DNA of 63,741 bases, the filler included, from Hausera hauseri (lineage: Eukaryota), in the NCBI GenBank assembly GCA_046269625.1. It is 11 parts of 11 records of this genome, joined end to end, with 100 filler letters (N's around TTAATTAATTAA, not from the genome) between each part and the next. Parts side by side here need not be neighbours in the genome. Positions count along the whole stretch, not along the records: positions 19,088 to 26,088 come from JBJURY010044555.1; positions 26,189 to 30,334 come from JBJURY010735766.1; positions 30,435 to 35,427 come from JBJURY010367927.1; positions 35,528 to 42,813 come from JBJURY010024675.1; 7 more parts are not named here. The stretch is one strand, 5' to 3'. Both the position numbers and the translations under genes were made by a program. The notes under the pieces were generated by a model. That model was not told the origin of the DNA and did not search any database. It saw nothing but the letters and a program-made list of their open reading frames with translations. Positions 22,480 to 35,544 of the stretch are shown here, one piece after another (position 1 is the stretch's first letter; the number at the start of each line of letters is the position of its first letter).

Positions 22480-25400
22480 GCATGCGGGGAACTCGGCTAC
22501 CCCGAAATTTGTGACCCGCCGTGGCGAGGTTGAAGCCCCGGCCGCTCACTCTATACCATTGGGTCGGACAGCACTCGTCGCTGCTGCCCCACAACATGCC
22601 CCCGGTGACACGACCTTTATATTTCCTTTTCTTTTTTCTAAACAACTGATACATTTGCACACATACAGTAACACATTTAAACACAGCTGCCATCCATAAA
22701 ATCATTTCTACTTCTCTTCACTCCCCCGACTTCTATCTCACACAATGGATCTGTAGTACCTTTCACTGGACCCTTCCAACCTTCTACAACTTGTGTCTGC
22801 CTTCACATTCACTTCCGCATCCGTGGTGGTATGTATTCATCTCCCACTATTGATACCACGGACAAACCCACCAAACCTCCGATCTCTATCACTTACTTAC
22901 CCCAACAAAGTGCTTCAAACACCTCGACACAGCACACACTTCCCACTCATTCACCCCTCACAGAATACTTCCTCGACAGCCAAAATTCTACACAAACGTG
23001 GTTAAAACTTCATCAATTCCGACTCCAATCACAAAACGTCGTCGACCCCTTATCCAAAGCCAACAGCCTGTATTTTCATTTACCTGCTTCCATCAAAACA
23101 AAAATGATAAACATCATCGATATCCTTCATCACACCGATGCATACGTTCAACTTTATAATGCCGTCCTTAAGCTCACTGAGCCGTCAATGGACTCCATCA
23201 TTCAAAGATTCTTCAATGACAATACCATGGGCCTTCAGAAGCCCTTTGAATTCTTGCGCACATCTTTTTCTTACCTCAATACCATTGGCGTAACATCTGA
23301 GCATAGTCCAGAACTTATTCGTCGCTACTTTTTAAATGCATTGCACCTTCAAATAAGAGCTTTGCTAACTGTGGCCGAAGACTCCACGGCACTGGAAAAG
23401 CTAGCCGAACTGGCGGACAAAGCTTACGATGTCCTGCACTCACACACGACACCAAGTGTCTCTGCGGCAGTAACAACAAACCAACAACAACAAAATGCAA
23501 TGCTGCAGCAACAAATTGCGCAATGTCGCACAGAAAATGAAATGTTACAAAAAACAGTGAACAATATAAACGAGAAATTAAATGAGTTGGCTCTACGTCG
23601 ACGCGGTTTTTCTAGGGCTGCTTCCCGTAATGTATTTATTCAACGTCAAAGAAAGTCGCCTTCGCCCGCCCGGTGGTATATTTTCTACTACCATAACAAA
23701 TTTGGTAATAATGCTCAGAAATACTGCATAGGTTGTAAATTTTACAACCAACATCGTTTGCATCTATCACTCAAAATTTGGAACAAAAACACAAAAATGC
23801 CTACCTGGCTGTAATTACAACACGCACAATAAAATCAACACTATTAAACCCACACAAAATAGCAGGCCAAACTCACCAGCTACAAAAAACTGATTTCGCC
23901 GCTAGGACACACGGCAAGTTCTAGTAAAGGCAACAACCAAAAAAACGACAGCCGACACATTTCTTTTGCTGCATTCATGGTGGAAGCGCCAGTCGTCACT
24001 CCAACAAAGCAAAACATTAACTTTCTCATAAACACCGGCGCTGCAATCTCTTTACTACCACCAACACAGCACATTCAAAACGATATTACTTCAAAAAAGC
24101 AACTGTTCACTGCGTCCGGTGAACCTTTACAAATCTTTGGTGTTACTAAATTAACTTTCACACTTCCAAATTTCCAAAACACATTCACATTAAAATTTAC
24201 AGTAGCCAATGTACGTACACCTATACTGGGTTCAGACTTTCTTTCCCACTACAATTTACTTATAGACTGCAAACGATGTTCCTTAAAGAGCGGAAATAAT
24301 TTCAATCAAATTAGCAGCATTTCGGTGACCACCCGGGCGATTGCTTCCAGAAAGTCAATATTGAAGAAAACGATTTCCGATTTAAATTATTTTTATAATC
24401 ATTCATTATACAGAAATTTTTACTACGGTGAAAAATACGATATTGCCAACTGCGTGGCACCTATTACTGATACTACAGCTGCCAAAACCATCTTCAACAC
24501 GAACATCCTGCACCAAATGCCACCTTGTCTACAACTCATACCTCAACTGCATCCAGTCACGATGCATCGACACAGCCTGATAACTTTTCATCGTTGCCTT
24601 CTGACTTACACCAGTATATCTCATTTTCCCGCACGCGTCTGTTGCAAAAGGACAAATCATTCGTACCACATTAATCCATCTTTCATCAAATAGTAACAGC
24701 ACATCAAAGACCAATACGCAAAAGGTCTGCCCTCTATCGCCTTGCCGCAGACAGGCAGTGGAGGCTGAGTTTCTCGAACTGGAAAGATAAGGAATAATCA
24801 GAAGATCCAAATCCCCGTGGTCTTCACCACTGCATGTGGTTCCAAAAAAGATGGCATATTTCGCCCATGTGGTGATTACCACCAACTCAACATTATAACA
24901 ACAATGGATGCCTATCCTCTACCCTTAATCAACGATATCCTTCATAGGTTCCATGCTTCGACCATCTTTTCCTGCACTGATTTACTTAAAGCATACCACA
25001 TAATTCTAGTGGCCGCAGCAGACATTCCGAAAATGGCTGTCATTACACCTGTCGGCCTTTTCGAATACCTTCTTATGCCTTTTGGACTCCGTAGCGCCTC
25101 CCAGACCTTCCAAAGGCATATTGATACAGTCCTATAAGGTTTAGACTTTGCTTATCCTATATCAATGATATCTTAATTGCATCATCTTTCCTGAAACAAC
25201 ACTCCAAACACTTACGTTTGATCTTCCAGCACTTGCACCAAAACTATTTGCAAATTAATTTCTTAAAATGCTCTTTTTTCAACATAAGGTCAACTTCCTA
25301 GGACATGTTATTAGCTCCTCCGGACATATACTTCAGCCAGAGCGCATCACACAGCTCAAAAACATACAGCTACCACATTCATCAATAGAGATGCGCTCTT

Positions 25401-26088
25401 TCCTCGGAACCTTGCACTTAATTCATAAGTATATTTTACACTGCTCCACTCTAACCGCTCCTTTTGCATCACTAAGCTCTGGCAAGAAAAAAGAGCCTAT
25501 TCAATGGACCTCTAAGCTAGTCACCGCTTTCGATCACCTCAAAGATAATCTAAAAACTGGGAAATCCTGGCCTATTCCGACTCCCATGCAGAACTCTTCT
25601 TAACCACGGATGCACCCACAACAGCTGCAGGTGCCGTCCTCCATGAAGTCAAAAGTGGATCACATGAGCCATTATAATTCATCTCTTGAAAATCCACGGC
25701 ACAAGAGCAAAGGCATTCCACCTTTGACAGAGAGTTGCTTGCAATGGTCCTTGCCGTAAAACATTTTAAACATATGCTAACTGCAAGAACTTTCACAATA
25801 CAAACGGATCACAAGCCCTTGCTTCAAATTCTCGCCATGAAATCGCCTCCTCCACGTCAGGAGAGGCAAATATCGTATTTGTCCACATTTAATTTTGAAA
25901 TTAAGCATCTAAACGGAGTCGACAGTTTAGAAGCTGACTTTTTGTCCCGATTGGTCAGCTCGATTGATTTCACACTAGTTTTTCTTCAGTCCAAACTTCA
26001 ACAAAACCAGACACCTCCTGACATCCTTAAATCTTTTAAATCGTGCAAAACCATCGACGGTGTGGCCTTTGACACCTCCAAACCTAAT
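22480..26088 (+). mobile_element. CsRn1-like Gypsy copy 2 (leader, UBL-gag, PR, RT, RH; cut by contig end)
   Basis: gag ORF 22831..23814, FLINTGA, RPCGDY, MPFGLRSASQTFQRHID, TDHKPL. Confidence 0.95.
22613..22830 (+). other. Ubiquitin-like domain fused to gag, copy 2
   Basis: ..AAIHKIISTSLHSPDFYL/HNGSVVPFTGPFQPSTTCVCLHIHFRIRGG|MYSSP; GG codons directly precede the gag ATG at 22831. Confidence 0.75.
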
Positions 26089-26188
26089 NNNNNNNNNNNN
26101 NNNNNNNNNNNNNNNNNNNNNNNNNNNNNNNNTTAATTAATTAANNNNNNNNNNNNNNNNNNNNNNNNNNNNNNNNNNNNNNNNNNNN

Positions 26189-27200
26189 TGTAGCCTTGTT
26201 TCTCTTCTACAAGGAACACAATTTTAGACTGATATGCCGAATATTTAATAGGGATGCTTCCTAATCCTCTTTTAGTCACACTGCTTGACGTAGCGGTTGT
26301 CGTAACGACACCAACTCGAGTGGTTGACTTTTTAGTGGTCAAATCTACTGTTATTTTGCATATTATATTTTCCGGATAATAAGTTCGTAATTGTACGCTC
26401 GGTTTATTATGTCATACTTCATATAAATCAAATTTTATTTTAAACTCTTGGTTCACGTGTAGTTTTCAACAAGTGTGTTGCACACATGCGCGAATAGAAC
26501 AATATTTTATTTTTGGGGTTGGTCCACTTGCTGCTTCGAATGTGAAGCTGATTTCTCGGCTGACAGTTAACTCCGTTCTGGCATCTTCCTGGATACATTG
26601 TTTTTGCTTGTTTATAAAGATTCTCCGAATATTTTCGTCTAATAGTTTCACATCCGGATCGGTAGATCATAGCAATTTATTGGGTTTTACTCCATGATGT
26701 CTGTTCCATGCGGGAATGATAAATTGAAATTGTGGTTTTACTTTGATATAAACTTCGGCTGAGTCTGGTAGGTACAGATCATAGGTAAGGTCATAAGTAC
26801 GCCCAAAATCTATGTCGCAACACTGCATATTTTCTCCAGGCTCAAAATCACAATTTTTCGCTTCCTTTGTTGTTACATCATGTAAACCAATTTGAAATCT
26901 TACGAATTCATGGTGCGATCTCCAAGTCTTAAATCCAACGCATACTGCGTTTGGCGAGTAATAGTGAACTGTCATTGATTGTAACAATTTAGTATCTGCC
27001 TGTTTTTGAATTTCGTCAACCGTTAGTTTCTTTTCCACTTTAACTGTTTCCGATTTTAATCCACTCTTCCGAATTCCGTATATATCTCCTAACGTAGATT
27101 CATCGTGCCACCATTGCGCTTGTATTTTTGGGGTGTAAGAGGCAATCAGCGATAGTGCTAAAACTATTTGAACATATGATATCGGTCTAGTAACTATAGA
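26189..27200 (-). pseudogene. env-like membrane or secreted glycoprotein region in frame with the integrase C-terminus
   Basis: After RRYNLR: hydrophobic ISYVQIVLALSLIASY..IQA|QWW signal-like segment, then a Cys-containing beta-rich region. Confidence 0.5.
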
Positions 27201-30200
27201 CAAAGTTTTCGTCTCGTGTTGGCGTAAATTATAACGTCTGTTTGGCCGTATTTCCGTTTTGACAACCCTTTGTACTGATACGACTTCTTCTTTTCCATTT
27301 TTGTTAATGTATACTTTAGTTGGTGTAACCTTCGTAACTTCGTATGGTCCTCTACCCGTATGAGTCAACTTCAGTGAGGTGCCCTTTTTATCAAATGGAT
27401 AATGCACATGAACCCAATGTCCTTGCTCTATATCAGGCGGTTTCGCTTTCTTATCATATTGCTTCTTAAACTGCTCTTGATATTCTTGGGATAGTTCTTT
27501 CACTTTTGCAAACGCGTTTGTAATACTTCTGCGAAATTCTGTTCTAAATCTTCGGAATTAACTGTGTATGGCTTCATTCCTAAGTCCGTGGGCAACACGG
27601 CTTCACGTTCATACATCATAAAAAATGGCGTAAATCCTGTTGCTGGGTGTGGCGTGGTATTAATTGCGAATTGCGTTCCTTCCAAAAATTCGTCCAAATC
27701 CTTTTGATCTTTCGTTACTACTGTGTATAATATACGTATGACGGTAGCGTTCATCCGTGAGACCATTCCGTTACAATGAAAGTGATATGCAGTAGTTGTT
27801 AATCTCTCGATTTCAAATATTTTGGTGATTTTCTTAAATAATTCCCTGGTAAAATTTCTTCCTCGATCTGTGAGTACCTGGTCCGGGGGCCCGTATCGAC
27901 AAATAATTCTCTTTACAACGGTTTCTGCCAGAGTTTCGGCCTTTCGATCAATCAATGCTATCAATTCGACAAAGTGAGTTAATGGATCAATACACGTTAA
28001 GATATACTTATTGTTCTTGTGGTTCGTATGTAGAGGTCCCACGATATCCATCGACATGGCTTGCATTGGCCTATCGGGCACATTGACTGGTTTTAATTCC
28101 ATCATGTAATTTTTCGTTTTCATTTGCTTCGTTGTACATACTTCGCACGCGCTTATCCAATTTCTTACGTCGATATAGATACTGGGCCAAAAATATTTAT
28201 TCATTATTCTTTCTAATGTCTTCTTCTAGGATATATATCCGGCTAAGTATGAATCGTGTTCTGACATTAATACTTCAGTTCGTAAGTTCTTTAAAATAAC
28301 TATCAACTTCCTGCTTTTTCTTTCGTAATATAAAATGTCTCCTTTGTTCCCGTCATTTAAGACGCAGTATTTATGTCCATATCTATGTAAATGTTTCTTT
28401 AACTGTCGTCCTTTTGGTATAATATCTTTTTTGGCAAATTCTATTATCTGCTGGATAACTTTTGATTACAAGATCTCTGTTCTGTTGAGATCTTGATTGT
28501 CCTATCTATTGTTAACGCGCGTTGGCGGTCTATTATTTCCTCAAGTTGACTTTTCTTCATTACAGTAATTGCCCTAGTTCTAGTCTTTAATCTTGATAGT
28601 GCATCTGCGTCTACATGTTTATTCCCTTGCTTATACTGAAATTCAATATTATATCTGGAGATTTCTTCGATCCATCTATTAAGTCTGCACGTCGGATTAT
28701 TGGCTCGACCCTTTAAAGTCGTAATGGCCTTGTGGTCAGTGACAATTATAATTTTCTGCCCGTAAACATAAACGTTAAAATGTCGAAGTGCTTCTTTTAC
28801 AGCAAGAATTTCTAATTCGGTAACAGAATAATTTTTCTCAGCTTTCTTCAAGGAACGTCCTCCGTAAGCAATTGGATGTTCTAATTCTTCATCTTCCCTT
28901 TTCTGTGCTAATTCATACCCGATGCCTTCTTTACTGGCGTCGGTCTTAATTATGAAGAGTAAGTTAAAGTCTGGGTACAGCAACACAGGTTCACTCGTCA
29001 ATATCTTCTTCATTTCGTCGAAGGCTTTCTGTTCGACGTCTGTCCATTTCAACTTGATTCCTTTTTTGAGTAAGCGATATAAAGGTGCATTGATTTTCGA
29101 ATTATCTGGCACATAAATTGCGTAATACCCACAAAGTCCTAACCAGTGCCTTAATTCTTTCTGATTTTGTGGTTCCATGCAATCCGATATTTTATTCAAC
29201 AATGACTTGTCTGGTTTCGATCGTCCTTCTCCAACTATATGGCCAAGGTAGGATACTGCATTTTGGGCCCATTTGCATTTCTTTGGATTTAATTTCAATC
29301 CGGCTTGTTCCAAACGCATCAGCGTATGTTCAATATCCTTTAAGTGTTCTTCCTCCGTTTTTGATGCTATCATCACATTATCTAAATGTGCAAAGGCATG
29401 ATCCAGTCCCATTAACATCTTGTTTATCATTCTTGTAAATATGGCTGGTCCGGTAGTAATACCGAACGGCATGACGTTAAATTCATAAACGCCATCGTGT
29501 GTTTTAAACGCTGTTTTATGGCGGTCTTCGTCCTCTATTTCTACTTGCCAATATCCGGATTGTAAGTGCAGAGTGGTAAACCATTTTGCTCCTGAGAGTC
29601 TGTCTAAGGCTTCTTTTACTGATGGCAATGGAAAAGAATCTTTCATCATAAGACTATTTAGAGGTCTGTAATCGGTACAAAATCGGTGCTTTGTAGTGCC
29701 TTTCTTTTTCACCATAAGGATAGGCGAGTACCAAGATCTATAGCTATGTCTAATTATATCGGCCTTAAGCATTTGTTCTACTTCCTTTGTTATCTCGGGT
29801 CTTAGCGAATATTGTGGAGGGTACCATTTCGGCATCTTATGATCCTCTAAATCTATTTCTTTATTTGAACCAGGCTTTCTCTTGAGCGGAATAGTCAACT
29901 TTAATGCTTTCGCCCTACCTATATCTTCTTCATCCTTAGCAATAATCGATTTATATCCAAATAATAGTTGATAAAACCGACAGTAAGACTCAGGTGAAAA
30001 CTTGGTTTCAACGTGAGGCGGAAATTCAGAATATTTATAAGGGTTTTCTTCGATAGTTATCGACGATACTTTATACGTATCTCCTAAGGTAGTGTAAACA
30101 TAAAGCTTGACAGGAGTCTGCGCGTTATTGGCTATTCTAATTGGTACACGACCGGAGTGTACTCTCGTTAGCACGTTACTGAGTGTTATATAAGGATTTA

Positions 30201-30334
30201 CCGTTTCCCTTGGCTCAAAATATACTGGCTAATCGTCATCTTGCTGGATCTATGCGTAAATTATCACCTTTGTTCTTGGTGGGATGTTTTCGGCTACTGG
30301 TATCCATACTTCTCCAAATTTTCTATCCTTAGCG
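26189..30334 (-). mobile_element. pol: Ty3/Gypsy pol (RT-RH-IN) of a different family, with 3' extra ORF
   Basis: RFCTDYRPLN, LQSGYWQV, MPFG, HLDNV, KTDAS, TDHKA, ADALSR, CEVC, MDIVGPL, TDRG, GPYEV. Confidence 0.95.
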
Positions 30335-30806
30335 NNNNNNNNNNNNNNNNNNNNNNNNNNNNNNNNNNNNNNNNNNNNTTAATTAATTAANNNNNNNNNN
30401 NNNNNNNNNNNNNNNNNNNNNNNNNNNNNNNNNNAAAATGACGGATTTATATGCGTTTGTGCTTTACCTTAAGTGTTGTTTAAATTAATCAAATTGCATG
30501 ACACGTTCATGCAATTGATGCATTAAAGCAAGTGTACAAATGCAATACGATGGCAATACAAGTGCAACATTTTGGCAATATTATGCAGTGTCAAATTTAC
30601 CCTATCATTAAAATTATTTATTTTTCCTTACATGTGTGTTTTGTTTTACTGTATCAATTATCAAATTCAAATAAAAAATAGTCAGTGTACGTTGACATGG
30701 CTACATATTTCATTATTTCCAAATTCACTTACAAGTATAGTGAGCTTTTGATTTGTGCATCTCAAATAACTGATTTGTTTAGATTTAGAACTTCTACAAA
30801 TTTTTC

Positions 30807-33800
30807 ATGGCGCAGAAACATGAGGAGCAGAATAGCCACAGTTTGATGCGGCATTATTTTGGATGTCAATATAACAGGACTCAAAACTATGTGTGTTCCG
30901 CATGCAAGGTAGTGTGCCTGACCATTTACGAGAAATTTTACAAGCAGCATAAACAGCATCTAGATTCTTCACAAAATCGAAGAAAGAAATATTCAGAAGT
31001 AATATGCCAATGGCAACAAGTGTCACAAAAGCTCTTAAGAAGTGCGGCTGCTATGCTTATTGCACATCCATAGAACAGTGGGCAAAAGTGTCATGAATCA
31101 ATGCACCGGTATTATGGACACAAATCCATATGTTATATATGCCTGGGATAAGACTGTATGCGGTGCAGATAACATACAGTTCTATTATGACCACGAACAT
31201 CATTTGAGTAGCTTCGCATCAAAGTCCAAGAAGACTGTCTTCAATACGTAACATAATCTTCATATAAGTGCTTCGTAGTATGCTGCGGGGGCTGCTGCAG
31301 CAGCTGTGAAGCATATTAAAGAATTGAAATGCGTAGCAGCGTCATGCGCAGGAGCATAAGGTGCAGCCGAATCAGGCGCAGTAGCTCCACCTAAAAGTAA
31401 AAGGCAGCAGCCAGTAGATGCTGCAGCATTAAAAAGCAAAGTCCGCAAATATGTCATTGCAGCAACTAGTCAAACAACCCTCAAAGAGTTCCTCTTATAC
31501 ACAGACGAAGAAACAATAGGGATTCTATAGGACAACATGGCGAAGCTCAAAGCCTTTAAGGTCAATATGAAACTGAAGGCCACATACATCAATGTTGATG
31601 GCGACGAATCCAAAATGGCCTTCAAGACCCAAAATAGGCCAATATTGGAAGCCACCAATATAGTAGAATGGCTGCATGAGGAATATAGAAAGCTAATCCA
31701 TGAGGCTTAGGACAACCATGATAACAACAGCAGCTGGTTCCTGGCAGCCATAAAGAGATTGCTTGTGTATGTGCACAACTACGCCCCCATGCGGAGCAGT
31801 TCATATATTCAGCTCCCTATTTGGATCGCTAATAAAAAAGCATGTGTCAATGTCCATAATAGCGACAACATGTGTTTCATATATGCCATTCTATCAAAAC
31901 TCGTAACGGATCAAAATCATGCTTCACGAGTTTGGCTATATAAGGATGTGCACCACAACTATAACTTCCAATGTATCCAGTTCCCTCCATCCATAGATGA
32001 AGTTAAAAAATTTCGAAAAGTCAACATGTCCATCAACATCATTGGATTGGACGAGGATGATAAATTCTATCCCCTGCAGATGTGCGATGCTGAATTGGAA
32101 GATCATTGGGATCTGTTCCAGTAAGACGATGGAGAAAAGAAACATTATGTTTGGATCAAAGACTTTGAGCGGCTAGTCATATCACAAATTACGAAACATC
32201 ATGGAGAAATACAAATATGTAAACGATGCTTGTCCAATTTCAGTGGCAAGTTAGTTGTGGAGAAGCTGAAGGAGCACAAGATGTACTGCAACAGCAATTA
32301 TTGTATCAGGCCAGATTTCCCCAAGGAGGACTACATTGAATTCAAGGAGTTTGAGAACAAGATCAAGGTCCCAATAGTTATCTATTGCGTCTTTGAGGCT
32401 ATTCGGCGTCCAGTTCAAAGTTATACTCCTAATCCACAACACAGCAGCACAACGGCGTACCAATATCATGAACTTCCATCATATTGCATGTATGTCAAAG
32501 GACTGGACAGTGAACCATTTCTATTAAAAGGTCCAGGCGCAGCAGCATATTTCATGAAGCGACTTGACGATATGGCTCATAGGATTGGAGATATGCAGCA
32601 GCAGCAGCATAAGGATACAATGAGCATATCGAAGCAACAAGAAGAATGGCGCAAGGCAACAGCGTGTTACTTGAGCTCCAAATCATTCATTAATGATAAT
32701 TATAAAGTCAGGGATCATTGCCATTTTACAGGCAAATATCGGGGTGCAGCATGCAACAACTGCAATATACGCTTCAAAACGTACATGTGCCTGTAGTGTT
32801 CCAAAATCTCAGTGGCTATGATTCCCACTTCATTGTTCAGGAACTGGATAATACTGAGGGGAACATTGATGTCATTCCAAACAGTAAGGAAAAATATATC
32901 AATTTCACCAAGCATGTGGGCCGCATTAGACTTCGCTTCATATACAGCTTCCGCTTCATGAACTCGTCACTGGATAGTTTAGTGAGGAACTGCCCTGCAG
33001 AATAACTCAAAGAGTCGAAGCGGTTCTTCTCCACTACCTTTGACCTCGTCAAGAGGAAAGGCGTGTTTCCCTATGATTATATAACTTCATGGGAAATACT
33101 GGATGAGACCTCATTGCCAAACAAAAACTTTTACAGTATCCTGTCTGATTGCGATATCAGTGATGCTGATTACCAGCATGCCCAGAATGTCTGGCATGCA
33201 TTCCAATGCCGAACATTAAGGGAATACAGCGACATATACCTCAAGACGGACGTGCTGCTGTTAACAGATGTCTTTGAGAGTTTCAGGGATGTCACAATGA
33301 AGAGCCATGCTTTGGATCCGACTCACTTCTTTACTGCTCCAGGGATCAGCTGGACAGCTATGTTGAGATATACCGGCATAGGACTGCAGATCATTAAGGA
33401 TTATGATATGATCCTTATGATCGTTAGGGGCATTAGAGGCGGAATATGCCAGGCCATTCATCGGTATAGTGAGGCCAACAACAATTATATGGCCCAGTAT
33501 AATCCATCCTAGGAATCCTCATATATATCATATCTGGATGCCAACAACTTGTATGGATATGCAATGAGGGCCCCAGTACCGTATGATAACTTCAAATTGG
33601 TCGAGAATCCTGAAAACATTCCTATATTGGACCTGGATCCCACTGGAGATACGGGATACATACTGGAGGTGGATATAAAATATCCTGCTTCCATCCACAC
33701 AAGACATCAACAGCTGCCTTTCCTCCCTGAAAACAGGCATCCGACCCATAAAAAGCACAAGAAGCTGCTCTGTCATCTGGGTAATAGGGAGAGGTATGTA

Positions 33801-34395
33801 GTTCACTACATCAATCTCCAACAGGCAGTTAGACATGGACTTCGTATTACCAAGATCCATAGAGCTGTGCAGTTCAGCCAGTCCATGTGGCTGCAGCCAT
33901 ACATAGATCTCAATACGAAGCTGCGGACAAATGCCAAGAACGACTTTGAGAAGGATCAATTCAAGCTTTACAACAACTCGGTCTTTGGCAAGACGATAGA
34001 GAATATCCGCAACAGGATCAATATCGAACTGGTATGTGACTGGAAGCGAGCAAAGAAGCTTATTGCCAAGCCTAACTTCTACAGCAGCATCATATATGCT
34101 GAGACCTTGGTCAGCATCCATATGCTGAAAACATCCTTGGTATTCAACAAGCCCATATATGTGGGTATGGCAATCTTCGATCTGTCAAAGACCCTGATGT
34201 ATAATTTTCACTACGACATCATGGTCCCCAAGTTCAAGTCCATGCAGCTTATGTATATGGATACTGATAGTTTCATCTATTAGATCCATACAGATGATAT
34301 TTGAGGACTTTGCCGGTTAGCAGAGCATATGGAAACAGGACTATCCGAAGGATCATCCCAACTATTCAATTGCCAACAAAAAGGTCCTAGGGAAA
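30807..34395 (+). pseudogene. polB: Protein-primed DNA polymerase B (second lineage) with EndoVII-like insert
   Basis: SSYIQLP..IANKKACVNV, VRDHCHFTGKYRGAACNNCN, NLSGYDSHF, FPYDY, YLDANNLYG, KLYNNSVFGKT, YMDTDS. Confidence 0.95.
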
Positions 34396-34396
34396 A

Positions 34397-35030
34397 TCAA
34401 AGCCATATGAACTGGCAGAACTGCAGAGCTCTATGGATCTTTGTGATGCGGAGTCCATGTCTAACTGCCTGCTGGAGATTGATGTAGTTGACTACATACT
34501 TCTCCCTAATACCCAGATGACAGAGCAGCTTTCTATGCTTTCCATGGGGCGGAGGGTTGCACTCAAGGAGGAAAGGCAGCTGTTGATGCCTTGCGTGGAT
34601 GGAAGCCGGATATTCCATATCTACCCCCAGTATGTAGCCCGTATCTCCAGTGAGATCCAGGTCCAATATAGGGAGGTTTTCAGGATTCTCGACCCATTTG
34701 AAGTTATACGGCAATGGAACGCTCATTGCATATCCATATAAGTTGTTGGCATCTCTCGATCATAAGGATCATGTCATAATCCTTAATGATCTGCAGCCTA
34801 ATACCAGTATAGCGCAGCATTCCTGCTCAACTCATCCCTGGAGCCGTAAAGAAATAAACCGGATCCAATGCATGGCTCTTCATTGTAACATCCCAAAAAC
34901 TCTCAAAAACATCTGTCAGCAGCAGCACGTCCGTCTTGAGGTAAATATTGTATTTCCCTATTGTCCTGCATTGAAATGCATGCTAGACGTTCTGAGCATG
35001 GTGGTAGTCTTCATTACTGATATCACATCC
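34397..35030 (-). pseudogene. polB: Inverted partial second copy of the same polB
   Basis: ENPENLPILDLDLTGDTGYILGVD..LQQAVRHGLRITKIHRA mirrors about 33150-33895, with internal deletions. Confidence 0.9.
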
Positions 35031-35059
35031 GATAGTTGGTTATATGAGACATCCTTGGG

Positions 35060-35427
35060 CGGTATATTCCGTCCTAGTCCTTATTATCTTGGTATATCCC
35101 TTCTATATATTCCCTACATTACTGATATATTGCCTCACTAGTCCTCAATCATGGTATATTCCCTCACTATATTCCCTGTAATCCTGATATATTCCTTCAT
35201 GATTCATTATTATCTTGGTATATTCCCTCATTATATTCCCCATAATCCTGCAATATTCCCCAATAATCGCTATTATCCTGAAATATTCCCGCATAATCCT
35301 GCTATATTTCATCGCTATATTCCCTATAATCCTGATATATTCCTTCACTAGTCCTTATTATCTTCGAATATTCCCTCTCTATATTCCCTATATTACTGAT
35401 ATATTCCCTCACTAGTTCCCTCTAATG
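35060..35427. repeat. Degenerate minisatellite of about 20-nt units (ATATTCCCNATAATCCTG-like)
   Basis: Repeated atattccc / ataatcctg / ttattatctt blocks; the block tagtccttattatctt..atatattccct..attactgatatatt appears twice. Confidence 0.8.
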
Positions 35428-35544
35428 NNNNNNNNNNNNNNNNNNNNNNNNNNNNNNNNNNNNNNNNNNNNTTAATTAATTAANNNNNNNNNNNNNNNNN
35501 NNNNNNNNNNNNNNNNNNNNNNNNNNNTTTACAGACAGCATGAA

